The notes: generated from the sequence alone by a model not told the origin. 32,000 bases of DNA from Planctomycetales bacterium (GCA_022646745.1 CP060262.1:360001-392000), one strand, 5' to 3'; numbered from the stretch's first letter, positions 1-7,709 are shown. A program made the numbers and translations.

Positions 1-1
1 C

Positions 2-1543
2 GGCACATTCGACGTGATCTACCCGATGGTCGGCATCAGCATGTTCCAGCGCCTCGACCCGATCGGCGGCCCGGTTGACAACGAGATGGTGATCGCCATT
101 GCGCCGAGCTTCGCCGACCTGGAGGTCGACCCGGCCAGCGGCCAGGCCTCCGTGCTTGAACGCATCGGAACCCTGCAGCTGTACATCCCCTACGATGACG
201 GCGCCGGCATGTTCGGCCCGCCGGAGATCATTGACAACGCAGCTGACAACACCGAGTTCGCTGACCTGGCCTTCATTGACTCCGACCCGACCGTGTTCTT
301 CGGGCTCAACGCGCTGCCCTCGAACCTGTACCGCCGCAATGGCGGCAGCTGGGACCCCATCAAGGCCACCTGGGCACCCTCTTCCGGCCAGCACTGCGCC
401 ATCGCCGCCTGGCCTGACGAGACTGTGCAAATCGTGGACGGTACCAACAACGGCGGGATCTTCCTCGCCTCCGTCGATGCCTCTGACAACACCGAGGAGC
501 TGGACTACATCGAGGGCAGTGTCTACCAGGGCAACAGCCTGCACGCCGTGGCCGGCAATGACGGGCTGCATGCCTACTGGATCATCGGCAACGAAGGCGT
601 GCACGTGATCGGCAGTGCCGACGGCAAGAACTGGTTGCCTGCGGCTGACAACGGCCCGTCATTCGGTGCCGACCTGATGGCCGACCGGGATGGCGAGGTG
701 TTCCTCTCCACTTCCTGGGGGGCCAACCACGAACTGCACAGCTGGACCGGTGCGGCCTGGCTGTTCGAGAGCAGCTCGGACACCTTCAACGCATCCCAGG
801 CCTGGTTCTGTGCGCAGGACAACGTGTTCGGCGGGCAGTGGTGGGCGCATGACCACAGTGTCGCCCCGGCCCGCATCCGCCGCATGCATGATGACGACGG
901 CATGGCCCTGCTGCCGGACTCCTACGAGTTCGACATCACGAACGTGTTCGAGGGCACCGGACTGCTGACACTGGGTGGCTACACCTCCTTCGTGCTGACC
1001 GGCAACGGCTCCGAGCAGGACGGCAGCGTCGGCTTCCTTGACAACGACACCGCGAGCTACAGTGAGATCATCAAGGGCTTCACCGTCAGTGATGAAATCA
1101 GCTGGACCAATGGCCGCCAGCTGGACGCCTGCAACTACATCGGCGATCCCGGCCTGCCGAAGGAGGCCTACTGGGCCAGCTTCAAGTCATTCGACCTCGG
1201 GGCCACCCGGATTGAGGGCCTCAACTTCGTTGGCGACATGTCCATTGAGCATGTCGAGGGCTTCGACAGCCTGCTGGACACCCAGACCTTCTCCGGCGCC
1301 CTGACCACCGTCAGCGCGGCCCAGGCCTGGAGCAACACCGCCGTGGCCGTGCTGGACCAGTTCTTCGGTGACTGGCACCGCATGGAGTGGAGCAACTTCG
1401 GTGACTTCGAGGAGATCCCCTCGCCGGGCATTGACTGGTCCATGACCAGCATGCACGAGCTGGTGGTCGGAGAGGATGGCCAGTGGCACCTGCTGTACCG
1501 CGACATGCGCGACGGTTACATCTACGTGATCAGCACTACATAG
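2..1543 (+). CDS. Secreted repeat (beta-propeller-like) protein, 5'-truncated by the window edge
   Basis: The frame is open from nt 2 to TAG 1541-1543. The GTG at 14 in the ORF track is therefore probably internal and the true start lies off-window. Third-codon G/C bias matches the neighbours, and overlapping ORFs on other frames are short. The sequence is G/D/N/W/Y-rich and repetitive, with one Asp-box-like SADGKNW. The product call is tentative. Confidence 0.6.
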   Translation, partial: GTFDVIYPMVGISMFQRLDPIGGPVDNEMVIAIAPSFADLEVDPASGQASVLERIGTLQLYIPYDDGAGMFGPPEIIDNAADNTEFADLAFIDSDPTVFFGLNALPSNLYRRNGGSWDPIKATWAPSSGQHCAIAAWPDETVQIVDGTNNGGIFLASVDASDNTEELDYIEGSVYQGNSLHAVAGNDGLHAYWIIGNEGVHVIGSADGKNWLPAADNGPSFGADLMADRDGEVFLSTSWGANHELHSWTGAAWLFESSSDTFNASQAWFCAQDNVFGGQWWAHDHSVAPARIRRMHDDDGMALLPDSYEFDITNVFEGTGLLTLGGYTSFVLTGNGSEQDGSVGFLDNDTASYSEIIKGFTVSDEISWTNGRQLDACNYIGDPGLPKEAYWASFKSFDLGATRIEGLNFVGDMSIEHVEGFDSLLDTQTFSGALTTVSAAQAWSNTAVAVLDQFFGDWHRMEWSNFGDFEEIPSPGIDWSMTSMHELVVGEDGQWHLLYRDMRDGYIYVISTT

Positions 1544-1558
1544 GTGGCAGAAAGCTGA

Positions 1559-1607
1559 GAGCAGGGAGCAGACTCGGTGTACGAACATGTGAGTCTGCTC
1601 TCTGCTC
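1559..1607 (+). other. Long hairpin (17-bp stem, 15-nt loop) built from GGAGCAG words, between the stop at 1543 and the next start at 1627
   Basis: nt 1559-1575 (GAGCAGGGAGCAGACTC) pairs with 1591-1607 (GAGTCTGCTCTCTGCTC) with one G-T pair. There is no downstream T-tract, so it is not a canonical intrinsic terminator. The same GGGAGCAG word array follows the stop codon at 20403-20405. Confidence 0.6.
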
Positions 1608-1626
1608 CCTGCCCTAGAATAGGGCC

Positions 1627-2688
1627 ATGAGCAAGATCCCCGCACTTGACAACTACCGCCTGCTGGGCAACAGCGGCCTGGCCGTTTCCCCGCTCTGCCT
1701 CGGCACGATGACCTTCGGCACCGAATGGGGCTTCGGCGGCGACCGCGAGAATTCCCGCAAGCTGTTCGAGGTCTACACCGAGGCCGGTGGCAACTTCCTC
1801 GACACCGCAATCAACTACAACAAGGGCACCAGCGAGGAATACCTCGGTGAGTTCGTCAAGGGCAGCCGTGAACGCTACGTGATCGCCACCAAGTTCACCT
1901 TCGGCACCCGCGAGGGCGACCCCAACAGCGGTGGCAACCACAGGAAGAACATCATCCAGAGCGTGGACGAGAGCCTGAAACGCCTCGGCCTGGAATACAT
2001 CGACCTCTACTGGCTGCATGTCTGGGAGTACCGCACGCCGGTTGAGGAACTGATGCGCGCGATTGACGATCTCGTGCGCATGGGAAAGATCCTCTACTTC
2101 GGCTTCAGCGACACCCCGGCCTGGGTGGTCTCGCGTGCCAATGCGGTCGCCGAACTGCGTGGCTGGACACCGGCGGTTGCCGTGCAGATGGAGCACAGCC
2201 TGATTGAGCGCACCTATGAAGCGGAGATGCTGACGATGGCCCGCCACCTGAACATCGCCGTCACACCCTGGAGCCCGCTCGGGGCCGGTGTGCTGACCGG
2301 CAAGTACCTTGGCAACGAGGAAGGTGAAGGCGAGGGCACGCGCAGCGGCGCCGTCAACCGCAGCGGCAAGCTCAATGAGCGCAATACCGCCATCGTGCAG
2401 GCCGTGGTGGACATGGCGCAGCAGTGCGGCAAGTCACCGGCGCAGGTTGCGCTCAACTGGCTGCTGTGCCAGCCCGGCGTGACCGCCCCGATCATCGGCG
2501 CACGTACTCCGGAGCAGCTCAGTGACAACCTCGGCTCCTGCGGCTGGCGCCTTGACGATGAGCAGCTGGCGAAGCTCAATGAAGTCAGCGCTGTCGACCA
2601 GCCCTTCCCGCATAGCTTCATCCACAATCCGCGTGTGCAGGCCGCCATCTCGGCGCAGACGAATGTGGAGAGCCGGCTGCCTGAATAG
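1627..2688 (+). CDS. Aldo/keto reductase family oxidoreductase
   Basis: 353-aa ORF with typical AKR motifs: LGTMTFG near the N-terminus, GGNFLDTA, YIDLYWLH, PWSPLGAGVLTGKY, IIGARTPEQL. Confidence 0.9.
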   Translation: MSKIPALDNYRLLGNSGLAVSPLCLGTMTFGTEWGFGGDRENSRKLFEVYTEAGGNFLDTAINYNKGTSEEYLGEFVKGSRERYVIATKFTFGTREGDPNSGGNHRKNIIQSVDESLKRLGLEYIDLYWLHVWEYRTPVEELMRAIDDLVRMGKILYFGFSDTPAWVVSRANAVAELRGWTPAVAVQMEHSLIERTYEAEMLTMARHLNIAVTPWSPLGAGVLTGKYLGNEEGEGEGTRSGAVNRSGKLNERNTAIVQAVVDMAQQCGKSPAQVALNWLLCQPGVTAPIIGARTPEQLSDNLGSCGWRLDDEQLAKLNEVSAVDQPFPHSFIHNPRVQAAISAQTNVESRLPE

Positions 2689-2844
2689 TGGTGAGTGGTC
2701 TGTGGGCAGTAGTCAGGAGCTGTTGGCAGAATGAGAAACAGAATCAGCAGAATACGGGTGTCGGATCCTCAGACCTGCTACTGTTTCTCATTCTGATTCT
2801 GCAAACTGCTACTGTCTGACCACTGACTACTGACCACTGACTAC
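2689..2844. repeat. Nested imperfect palindrome of word arrays (A-B-centre-B'-A') between convergent genes
   Basis: A is 2689-2717, GTGGTGA/GTGGTCT/GTAGTCA words. B is 2726-2754, GCAGAATGAGAAACAGAATCAGCAGAATA. B' is 2775-2812, CTGCTACTGTTTCTCATTCTGATTCTGC... A' is 2812-2844, CTGACCACTGACTACTGACCACTGACTAC. The arms are complementary at word level but not base for base. A' overlaps the stop codon of the 2841-3509 gene. Confidence 0.8.
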
Positions 2845-3509
2845 TTCCTTCTTATGAAGCACAGTCCGTCGAAGTTCTTGCGGCCGACAGTCTGGATCAC
2901 CGTGGCCTCCAGCCTGTCATCCTCCGCCGCCAGCCTGAGCGCGGCCCGCGTGCCGGCCACCGAAGGGTCCTCATCGCTGCCGGTGGCCACCTGCCCGCCG
3001 CGCACCACGTTGTCAATCACGATCAGTGCCCCGCTGCGGCTGTGCTCCGTGGCCCACTTCAGGTAGTTGACATTGTTAACCTTGTCAGCGTCTATGAAGG
3101 CCATGTCGAAGGGTTCGCAGCCCTCCGCCGCCAGCTGCTCCAGTGAATCCACCGCGGCCCCGCGGATCAGCTCGACCCTGTCCGCCACCCCGGCACGCTC
3201 GAAGTTGGCCTGCGCCACATCGGCATGCCTGTCGTCAATTTCCAGCGTGATGAGTTTCCCGTCCACCGGCAGCGCACGCGCCAGGTGGATGCCGCTGAAG
3301 CCGGCCAGTGTGCCGACCTCCAGGATGCGCCGCGCGCCGATTGCCCCGGCCAGCACCTGCATCAGCCGCGCCTGCAGTGGCGAGAGGCTGATCTGTGGCA
3401 GCCCGGCCTCGTCGGCACTGCGCTGCACCGCCTCCAGCACGGGGTCGGCGGGGGCCATCAGGCCTTCCATGAAGTCGGTGGATTCGCTCCAGAGATGTGT
3501 GTCTGACAT
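2841..3509 (-). CDS. Class I SAM-dependent O-methyltransferase (caffeoyl-CoA/cation-dependent OMT type)
   Basis: 222-aa ORF with ILEVGTLAGFSGIHLARAL (SAM motif I), GKLITLEID and FDMAFIDADK, all typical of the Methyltransf_3-type O-methyltransferases. Confidence 0.85.
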   Translation of the reverse strand: MSDTHLWSESTDFMEGLMAPADPVLEAVQRSADEAGLPQISLSPLQARLMQVLAGAIGARRILEVGTLAGFSGIHLARALPVDGKLITLEIDDRHADVAQANFERAGVADRVELIRGAAVDSLEQLAAEGCEPFDMAFIDADKVNNVNYLKWATEHSRSGALIVIDNVVRGGQVATGSDEDPSVAGTRAALRLAAEDDRLEATVIQTVGRKNFDGLCFIRRK

Positions 3510-3622
3510 GCGCCCTATGATAGCGGAGGCCAGGCGGGCTGCCTGGCCTCCGGGCCCGTGACCAATCCATCAGGCAGTGTCCAGTGGTCTCCGCCGTCTG
3601 CCCGCGGGCCACTGGCAACTGA

Positions 3623-6253
3623 TCAGAAATCGCCGCGGTTGTAGGCCTCATCCTGCACCGTCACCGTATTGCCATCCGTGTTAAATGTGAGCCCGTGCCA
3701 GCTCTGGTTCGCTCCGGCCAGGCCGCCTTCCATTGCGTAGGTACCACCGGCAGGTCCGGCAATAGTTATCTGAGTCACACGGATCACGTTCATGGACAGT
3801 ACAGGTGCGTCCATCATGATGTGGTAAACGCCGGGGTGCACGACCGCCACGGTGACGACGATGCTTCCCGTGTGGGATTCATCATCACCGTTGTACTGCG
3901 TACGGTCCTCCCACAGTGCATACGGTTCGCCAGCCAGGCTGCCCGGGCTGTTGCGGCTGACCCAGGTCGTGCCCTGGTCCGTCGTCATTGCCATGTAGGG
4001 CTTGTACTCGTAGCTGCGCGGGACCATGTTGCTCTCGAAGCGCCCCTCCCATTCCACGGTGAAGCGCAGTTGGCCCTCGGGCAGCGGCTCCTCGCCCTGC
4101 AGCAGCCAGAACGTTCCGGGCTCCTCCAGGTTGTTGGCAACCCAGATGTGCACCTCGCGGTGGGTGTAGGGATGGTACTGCAGTGAGCGCGCCAGCACGA
4201 CGAATTCGTTCGCCCCCTCCCTGAGCGGGACCGTCAGGCTGAAGTCGCCGCTCACCGGCAGCTTGCCGCCCACCATCTCACGTCCCGGCAGGCGTGTGTT
4301 CCAGAAGTACAGCTCGTCAACCAGGTAGTAGCTGCTGTCAACATGCCCGCTGAGCGTGACCTGCTCCTCCTCCACCCGCTGCCCGGCGCTGTAGCCGTCA
4401 ATGTTGACACTGGCCGCCTCATAGCCGCCGAAGGGTGGCTCAGCCGTCGCGTCCAGCAGGATGTTCTCGAAGTCCTCCAGCATCGGGATCGAGCCGTCAC
4501 CCATCAGGCGCAGGTGCTGCTTGTCCGTGCCGAAGTAGTAGTTGCGTGTGGCCTGCGGGTTCGCCGGGTCAAGCATCATCACGGTGTTGCCACTGTATGC
4601 ATAGGCCAGGCAGAGGGTCGATGGCCCGGCGGCTGGTTTCAGCAGGCAGAGCACCGGCCCGCCGCTGCGGCGCATTGCCAGCTTCAGCTCCTCGAAGGCA
4701 CGCTGGTCATCGCGGTCCGCATCACTGAGCGACCAGTTGTTGCCAAGCAGATAGGAGGTGGTGGCGCGGGCGATGATCTTCTGCTGCACCCGCGGGTCCG
4801 GGAAGCGGCTGCCCAGCGGCCCGAGGCTCTCCCGGTAGCTGTTGAAGTACCAGGCGGTGAAGGCCAGCCTGCCGAGGGATTCAAGGTCCATCCAGGCGAA
4901 GTTCGGCGGGACGTTGAAACCATCCTCGCGTGGATTGAATCCGGTGCTGTAGCGGACCCGCTCGTTGTTGAAGCGGTCGTCGAAGTTCTCCATCACCAGC
5001 CACATGATGCACTGGTAGCTGCCACTGGGCTGCCAGCCCGAGGAGGCGGACACCGAGTGCACGCCGCTGCCGGGATAGAGCGCGTGGAGCTCAAACTCCA
5101 GCCAGCCAGCGGCATAGTCGGCTGCCGTCACGTTCAGCGGCACCATCTGCCCATCCAGCCTGGCCAGCAGCGGCTGCACCGCCAGCCTGTCCTGCGGGTC
5201 AAACCAGGCGCGCACCGTGATTGGCAGTGCCAGGTTGACCGCCTCGGCACTGGAAATGTAGTAGAGGTCCCCGCCGAGGTCCTCGCCATTGAGCTGCACG
5301 CTGCCGCTCACACTGCCGACGCTGATCTCCATCGCCGATTCCAGCGCTCCGTCCGGAATGCTGACGGACAGCGGGCCAAAGCCCCTGTCCGGCCCGTTGA
5401 CACTGCCGCCACCCGGCCCGATGATGATGGTCTCAGAGGCCGTGGTGCCACTGTGCTGCAGGACGGCCGGCCCGCAGTTCAGCAGGCAGTCGCCGGCCAG
5501 GCCCTCGTTGTCAGTGCGGTCAAACGGCCGTACCTGGTACCAGGCATGTTCGCGGGTCTGCAGCTCGTACTGCAGTCGTTCGGTCAGCTGCACCGCCGGC
5601 AGCTCAAGCTCGCCGACCAGCTCCCAGGGCCCGGCCTCCCCCTGCGAGCCGTAGATCCGGTAGCCCGCCACCGTCGTGCCGTAGTTCACGCCGATCGGTG
5701 TCACGTCGGCGATGTTCACCTCGCCGTTGCCATCCCCATCCGCCCGGCAGGACTGCAGCCAGCCAGGGTCGCCGAAGCGGTGCTGGTAGTGCAGCCCGAT
5801 CGGGGTCAGGTCTGCGATGTTCACCTCGCTGTTGAGGTCATAGTCACCGCAGCTCAGGTAGCTCCAGCTCAGGAGCCAGCCCTCGCTGTCGGACCCGCTG
5901 AGCAGCAGGTCGTGGATCTCATTGCTGCTGCCCAGCGGGGCACGCAGGGCACTGCGCCCGCAAAGCACGCGCAGTAATTCGCCGCGCAGATCCTCAAACA
6001 CCGCGTTGTCAACGCCTGCCGGGACCGGGGCGGCTTCGATCTCTGCCCGGACGGCTGCGTCCGCCGGTACAGCCGGGGACGTGCCAGCCGATGAACCCCC
6101 GGAGCAGGCCGTGAGCAGCATTGCCAGCAGGATCAATGCCAGTGATGAAAGGGCTGGCGGGACAGGTGTCCCGCCATCGCAGGGGCCGTCCGACAGGGAA
6201 GTGGCGCATTGCCCAACCCTGTCCGGTGCAGTGCGGAAGTGTTGCACAGACAT
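3623..6253 (-). CDS. Large lipoprotein with a duplicated dockerin-like Ca-binding segment and an uncharacterised C-terminal region of about 600 aa
   Basis: 876-aa ORF. ATG 6251-6253 is preceded by GGGAGGAAG (reverse complement of 6257-6265). Hydrophobic stretch plus lipobox LLTAC-SGG. Dockerin-like pair GDYDLNSEVNIADLTPIGLHY ... DGDGNGEVNIADVTPIGVNYG at nt ~5677-5850. The 544-aa plus-strand ORF 4343-5977 is R/A/G/H-rich shadow sequence. Confidence 0.8.
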   Translation of the reverse strand: MSVQHFRTAPDRVGQCATSLSDGPCDGGTPVPPALSSLALILLAMLLTACSGGSSAGTSPAVPADAAVRAEIEAAPVPAGVDNAVFEDLRGELLRVLCGRSALRAPLGSSNEIHDLLLSGSDSEGWLLSWSYLSCGDYDLNSEVNIADLTPIGLHYQHRFGDPGWLQSCRADGDGNGEVNIADVTPIGVNYGTTVAGYRIYGSQGEAGPWELVGELELPAVQLTERLQYELQTREHAWYQVRPFDRTDNEGLAGDCLLNCGPAVLQHSGTTASETIIIGPGGGSVNGPDRGFGPLSVSIPDGALESAMEISVGSVSGSVQLNGEDLGGDLYYISSAEAVNLALPITVRAWFDPQDRLAVQPLLARLDGQMVPLNVTAADYAAGWLEFELHALYPGSGVHSVSASSGWQPSGSYQCIMWLVMENFDDRFNNERVRYSTGFNPREDGFNVPPNFAWMDLESLGRLAFTAWYFNSYRESLGPLGSRFPDPRVQQKIIARATTSYLLGNNWSLSDADRDDQRAFEELKLAMRRSGGPVLCLLKPAAGPSTLCLAYAYSGNTVMMLDPANPQATRNYYFGTDKQHLRLMGDGSIPMLEDFENILLDATAEPPFGGYEAASVNIDGYSAGQRVEEEQVTLSGHVDSSYYLVDELYFWNTRLPGREMVGGKLPVSGDFSLTVPLREGANEFVVLARSLQYHPYTHREVHIWVANNLEEPGTFWLLQGEEPLPEGQLRFTVEWEGRFESNMVPRSYEYKPYMAMTTDQGTTWVSRNSPGSLAGEPYALWEDRTQYNGDDESHTGSIVVTVAVVHPGVYHIMMDAPVLSMNVIRVTQITIAGPAGGTYAMEGGLAGANQSWHGLTFNTDGNTVTVQDEAYNRGDF

Positions 6254-6283
6254 GGTCTTCCTCCCATTGAGACGGATCTCATA

Positions 6284-6307
6284 AATTCGTGAATTTATTC
6301 ACGAATT
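6284..6307. promoter_or_regulatory. Perfect 24-bp AT-rich palindrome AATTCGTGAAT-TT-ATTCACGAATT, a candidate operator upstream of the 876-aa gene
   Basis: 11-bp arms at 6284-6294 and 6297-6307 are exact reverse complements. The palindrome lies 31-54 nt upstream of ATG 6253, just downstream (on the minus strand) of a TATCAT -10-like hexamer (reverse complement of 6313-6318). It is strongly AT-rich in a GC-rich context. Confidence 0.5.
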
Positions 6308-6400
6308 AACAGATGATACCGCCAATCACGGGAAATGTGCGGGCCGCACGGAAAATCAATTCACCTGCTGGCTCAGTGCTGCCGGGTGTGTCTGTCTTAG

Positions 6401-6688
6401 ACCGACAAGGTCCCCTAGCTCTGAGAGCTACATTCCATTGAAAAGCAATTAGTGTTGAGCAATGAGTGCTGAGCCAAACTTCCGCCGTGCTTGCCTGGCT
6501 CATTGCTCACTCTTCATTGCTCATTGCTGCCTGGTATGTTGTTCTATGACCAACAAGGCCCTGTAGCTCCGCGAGCTACATTCCATTGAACAGCAATGAG
6601 TGCTGAGCAATGAGTGCTGAGCCAAACTTTTGCCGTGCTTGTCTGGCTCATTGCTCACTCTTCATTGCTCATTGCTTCGCTTCTCCAT
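6401..6688. repeat. Tandem direct duplication (period 148 bp, 2 copies) of a composite element: GTAG-type hairpin plus inverted CATTGCTCA word arrays
   Basis: Copy 1 starts at 6401 (ACCGACAAGG...) and copy 2 at 6549 (ACCAACAAGG...). Both contain AGCTC-NNN-GAGCTACATTCCATTGAA, then GAGCAATGAGTGCTGAGCCAAACTT..GCCGTGCTTG.CTGG, then CTCATTGCTCACTCTTCATTGCTCATTGC (6499-6527 and 6647-6675). Copy 2 has the intact hairpin GTAGCTC-CGC-GAGCTAC at 6563-6579. Confidence 0.85.
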
Positions 6689-6698
6689 GCCCCTTCGT

Positions 6699-6704
6699 TA
6701 CAAT
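6699..6704 (+). promoter_or_regulatory. -10-like TACAAT placed 6 nt before ATG 6711 (possible leaderless transcript)
   Basis: TACAAT at 6699-6704, then CTGTAC, then ATG 6711. No Shine-Dalgarno is possible in this space. The -35 is weak (TTCGCT, 6676-6681). The same TACAAT-N6-ATG geometry occurs at 8585-8599. Confidence 0.35.
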
Positions 6705-6710
6705 CTGTAC

Positions 6711-7535
6711 ATGGACAGTACGGGGGAAAGGGACTATCAGGACATCGCGCAGGACTGGGCACGCCTGCGCCGGAAGCCGATGCAGTGGGGCTGGATCCTG
6801 CAGGGCGGCGGCCTGCTTTCATCAACGCTCGTTATGTACCTCCTCAGCCTCGCATACAAGCACGCCGGTGCCAACCAGGAGCTTGTCAGCCGGATCTCCG
6901 GTTTCCACCTGCAATTCAATGTGGTGCTCTTTTACCTGCTAAACGGGCTAGTGATCTGGCTGGCGCTGGACCGCATCCGTTACTTCAGGAATGTCCTTGA
7001 ACCTGGCAACGCAGGCAGCGGCCTGTTGCAGCGCTACCATGTTGAGTTCAATTCCGCGATCCACCTGATTGCCCTGTTCATCCTGCCTGCCACCGTGCTG
7101 ATGGGCCTGGTCTTCCTGCCCGTCGGCATCCGCGAGAGCGTGGCCTGGATGGGTATCGGCAACACCATCGGGAGCTACCTGCTGAACATTGCCATTACTC
7201 TGGCAGGACTGGTACTGATGGCGGTGGTGATTGCCAGCCTGTCAGTGCTTGCCAGCAGGCTGGCGCTGATCCAGCAGGCATCCATCGGCGTGCTGGCATT
7301 GCTGCTGGAAAGCAGGCTGGAAGGCTTCCTGTCTCTCAAGGCAAAGGACCTGCTGGCAATCAGCCTGGGCGAACCCAGCCCCGTGGGATACTCCCTGCCA
7401 GATATGGGATATCTCTACCTGTCCAGTGTCGTGAGGCTGCTCGTGGCGATCATCGTGATCGGCTGGCTGTGCTGGCTGCTTGGCAGGCGGGAGGCCGGAC
7501 CCATGGTCTGGCAGCCGCGAACAGTGCGAGGATGA
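6711..7535 (+). CDS. Polytopic membrane protein, function unknown
   Basis: The ORF track starts at TTG 6630, but codons 1-19 are translated repeat words (CATTGCTCA array). I prefer ATG 6711 (MDSTGERDYQD...); ATG 6687 is an alternative. There are several hydrophobic segments, e.g. GGGLLSSTLVMYLLSL, VVLFYLLNGLVIWLAL, IALFILPATVLMGLVFL, LAGLVLMAVVIASLSVL and LLVAIIVIGWLCWLL. No family was recognised. Confidence 0.6.
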   Translation: MDSTGERDYQDIAQDWARLRRKPMQWGWILQGGGLLSSTLVMYLLSLAYKHAGANQELVSRISGFHLQFNVVLFYLLNGLVIWLALDRIRYFRNVLEPGNAGSGLLQRYHVEFNSAIHLIALFILPATVLMGLVFLPVGIRESVAWMGIGNTIGSYLLNIAITLAGLVLMAVVIASLSVLASRLALIQQASIGVLALLLESRLEGFLSLKAKDLLAISLGEPSPVGYSLPDMGYLYLSSVVRLLVAIIVIGWLCWLLGRREAGPMVWQPRTVRG

Positions 7536-7541
7536 AGGAGC

Positions 7542-7709
7542 TCAGGCCCACGGCCTGACAGGAGGCCAATCCCACGGATTGGCAACTGCCTTTTGCCTTT
7601 TGCCTACTGCCTTGTGCCTACTAAAGCGGTCCTTGGGACCGCATACCTGTCAGGCCATGGGCCTGACCTCCACTGACTACAGACCACTGACCACTGCCCA
7701 CTGATTGCC
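7542..7709. repeat. Intergenic mosaic between convergent genes: four 3-nt-loop hairpins plus GCCTTTT and CTGACCA word arrays
   Basis: TCAGGCC-CAC-GGCCTGA at 7542-7558. GCCAATCC-CAC-GGATTGGC at 7565-7583. GCCTTTT/GCCTACT/GCCTTGT array at 7587-7621. GCGGTCC-TTG-GGACCGC at 7626-7642. TCAGGCC-ATG-GGCCTGA at 7650-7666. CTGACC/CACTGAC word array at 7663-7709. Confidence 0.8.

Noticed and set aside
4343-5977. 544-aa plus-strand ORF, and similar long antisense ORFs at 10987-12114 (+), 13335-14210 (-), 16870-18150 (-), 19011-20183 (-), 25990-27441 (-) and 29170-30720 (-)
   Set aside because: All lie opposite ORFs with recognisable domains or signal peptides. They are extremely R/A/G/H/V/L-rich with no motifs, which is typical of stop-free shadow frames in GC-rich DNA. 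Several span two real genes on the other strand.
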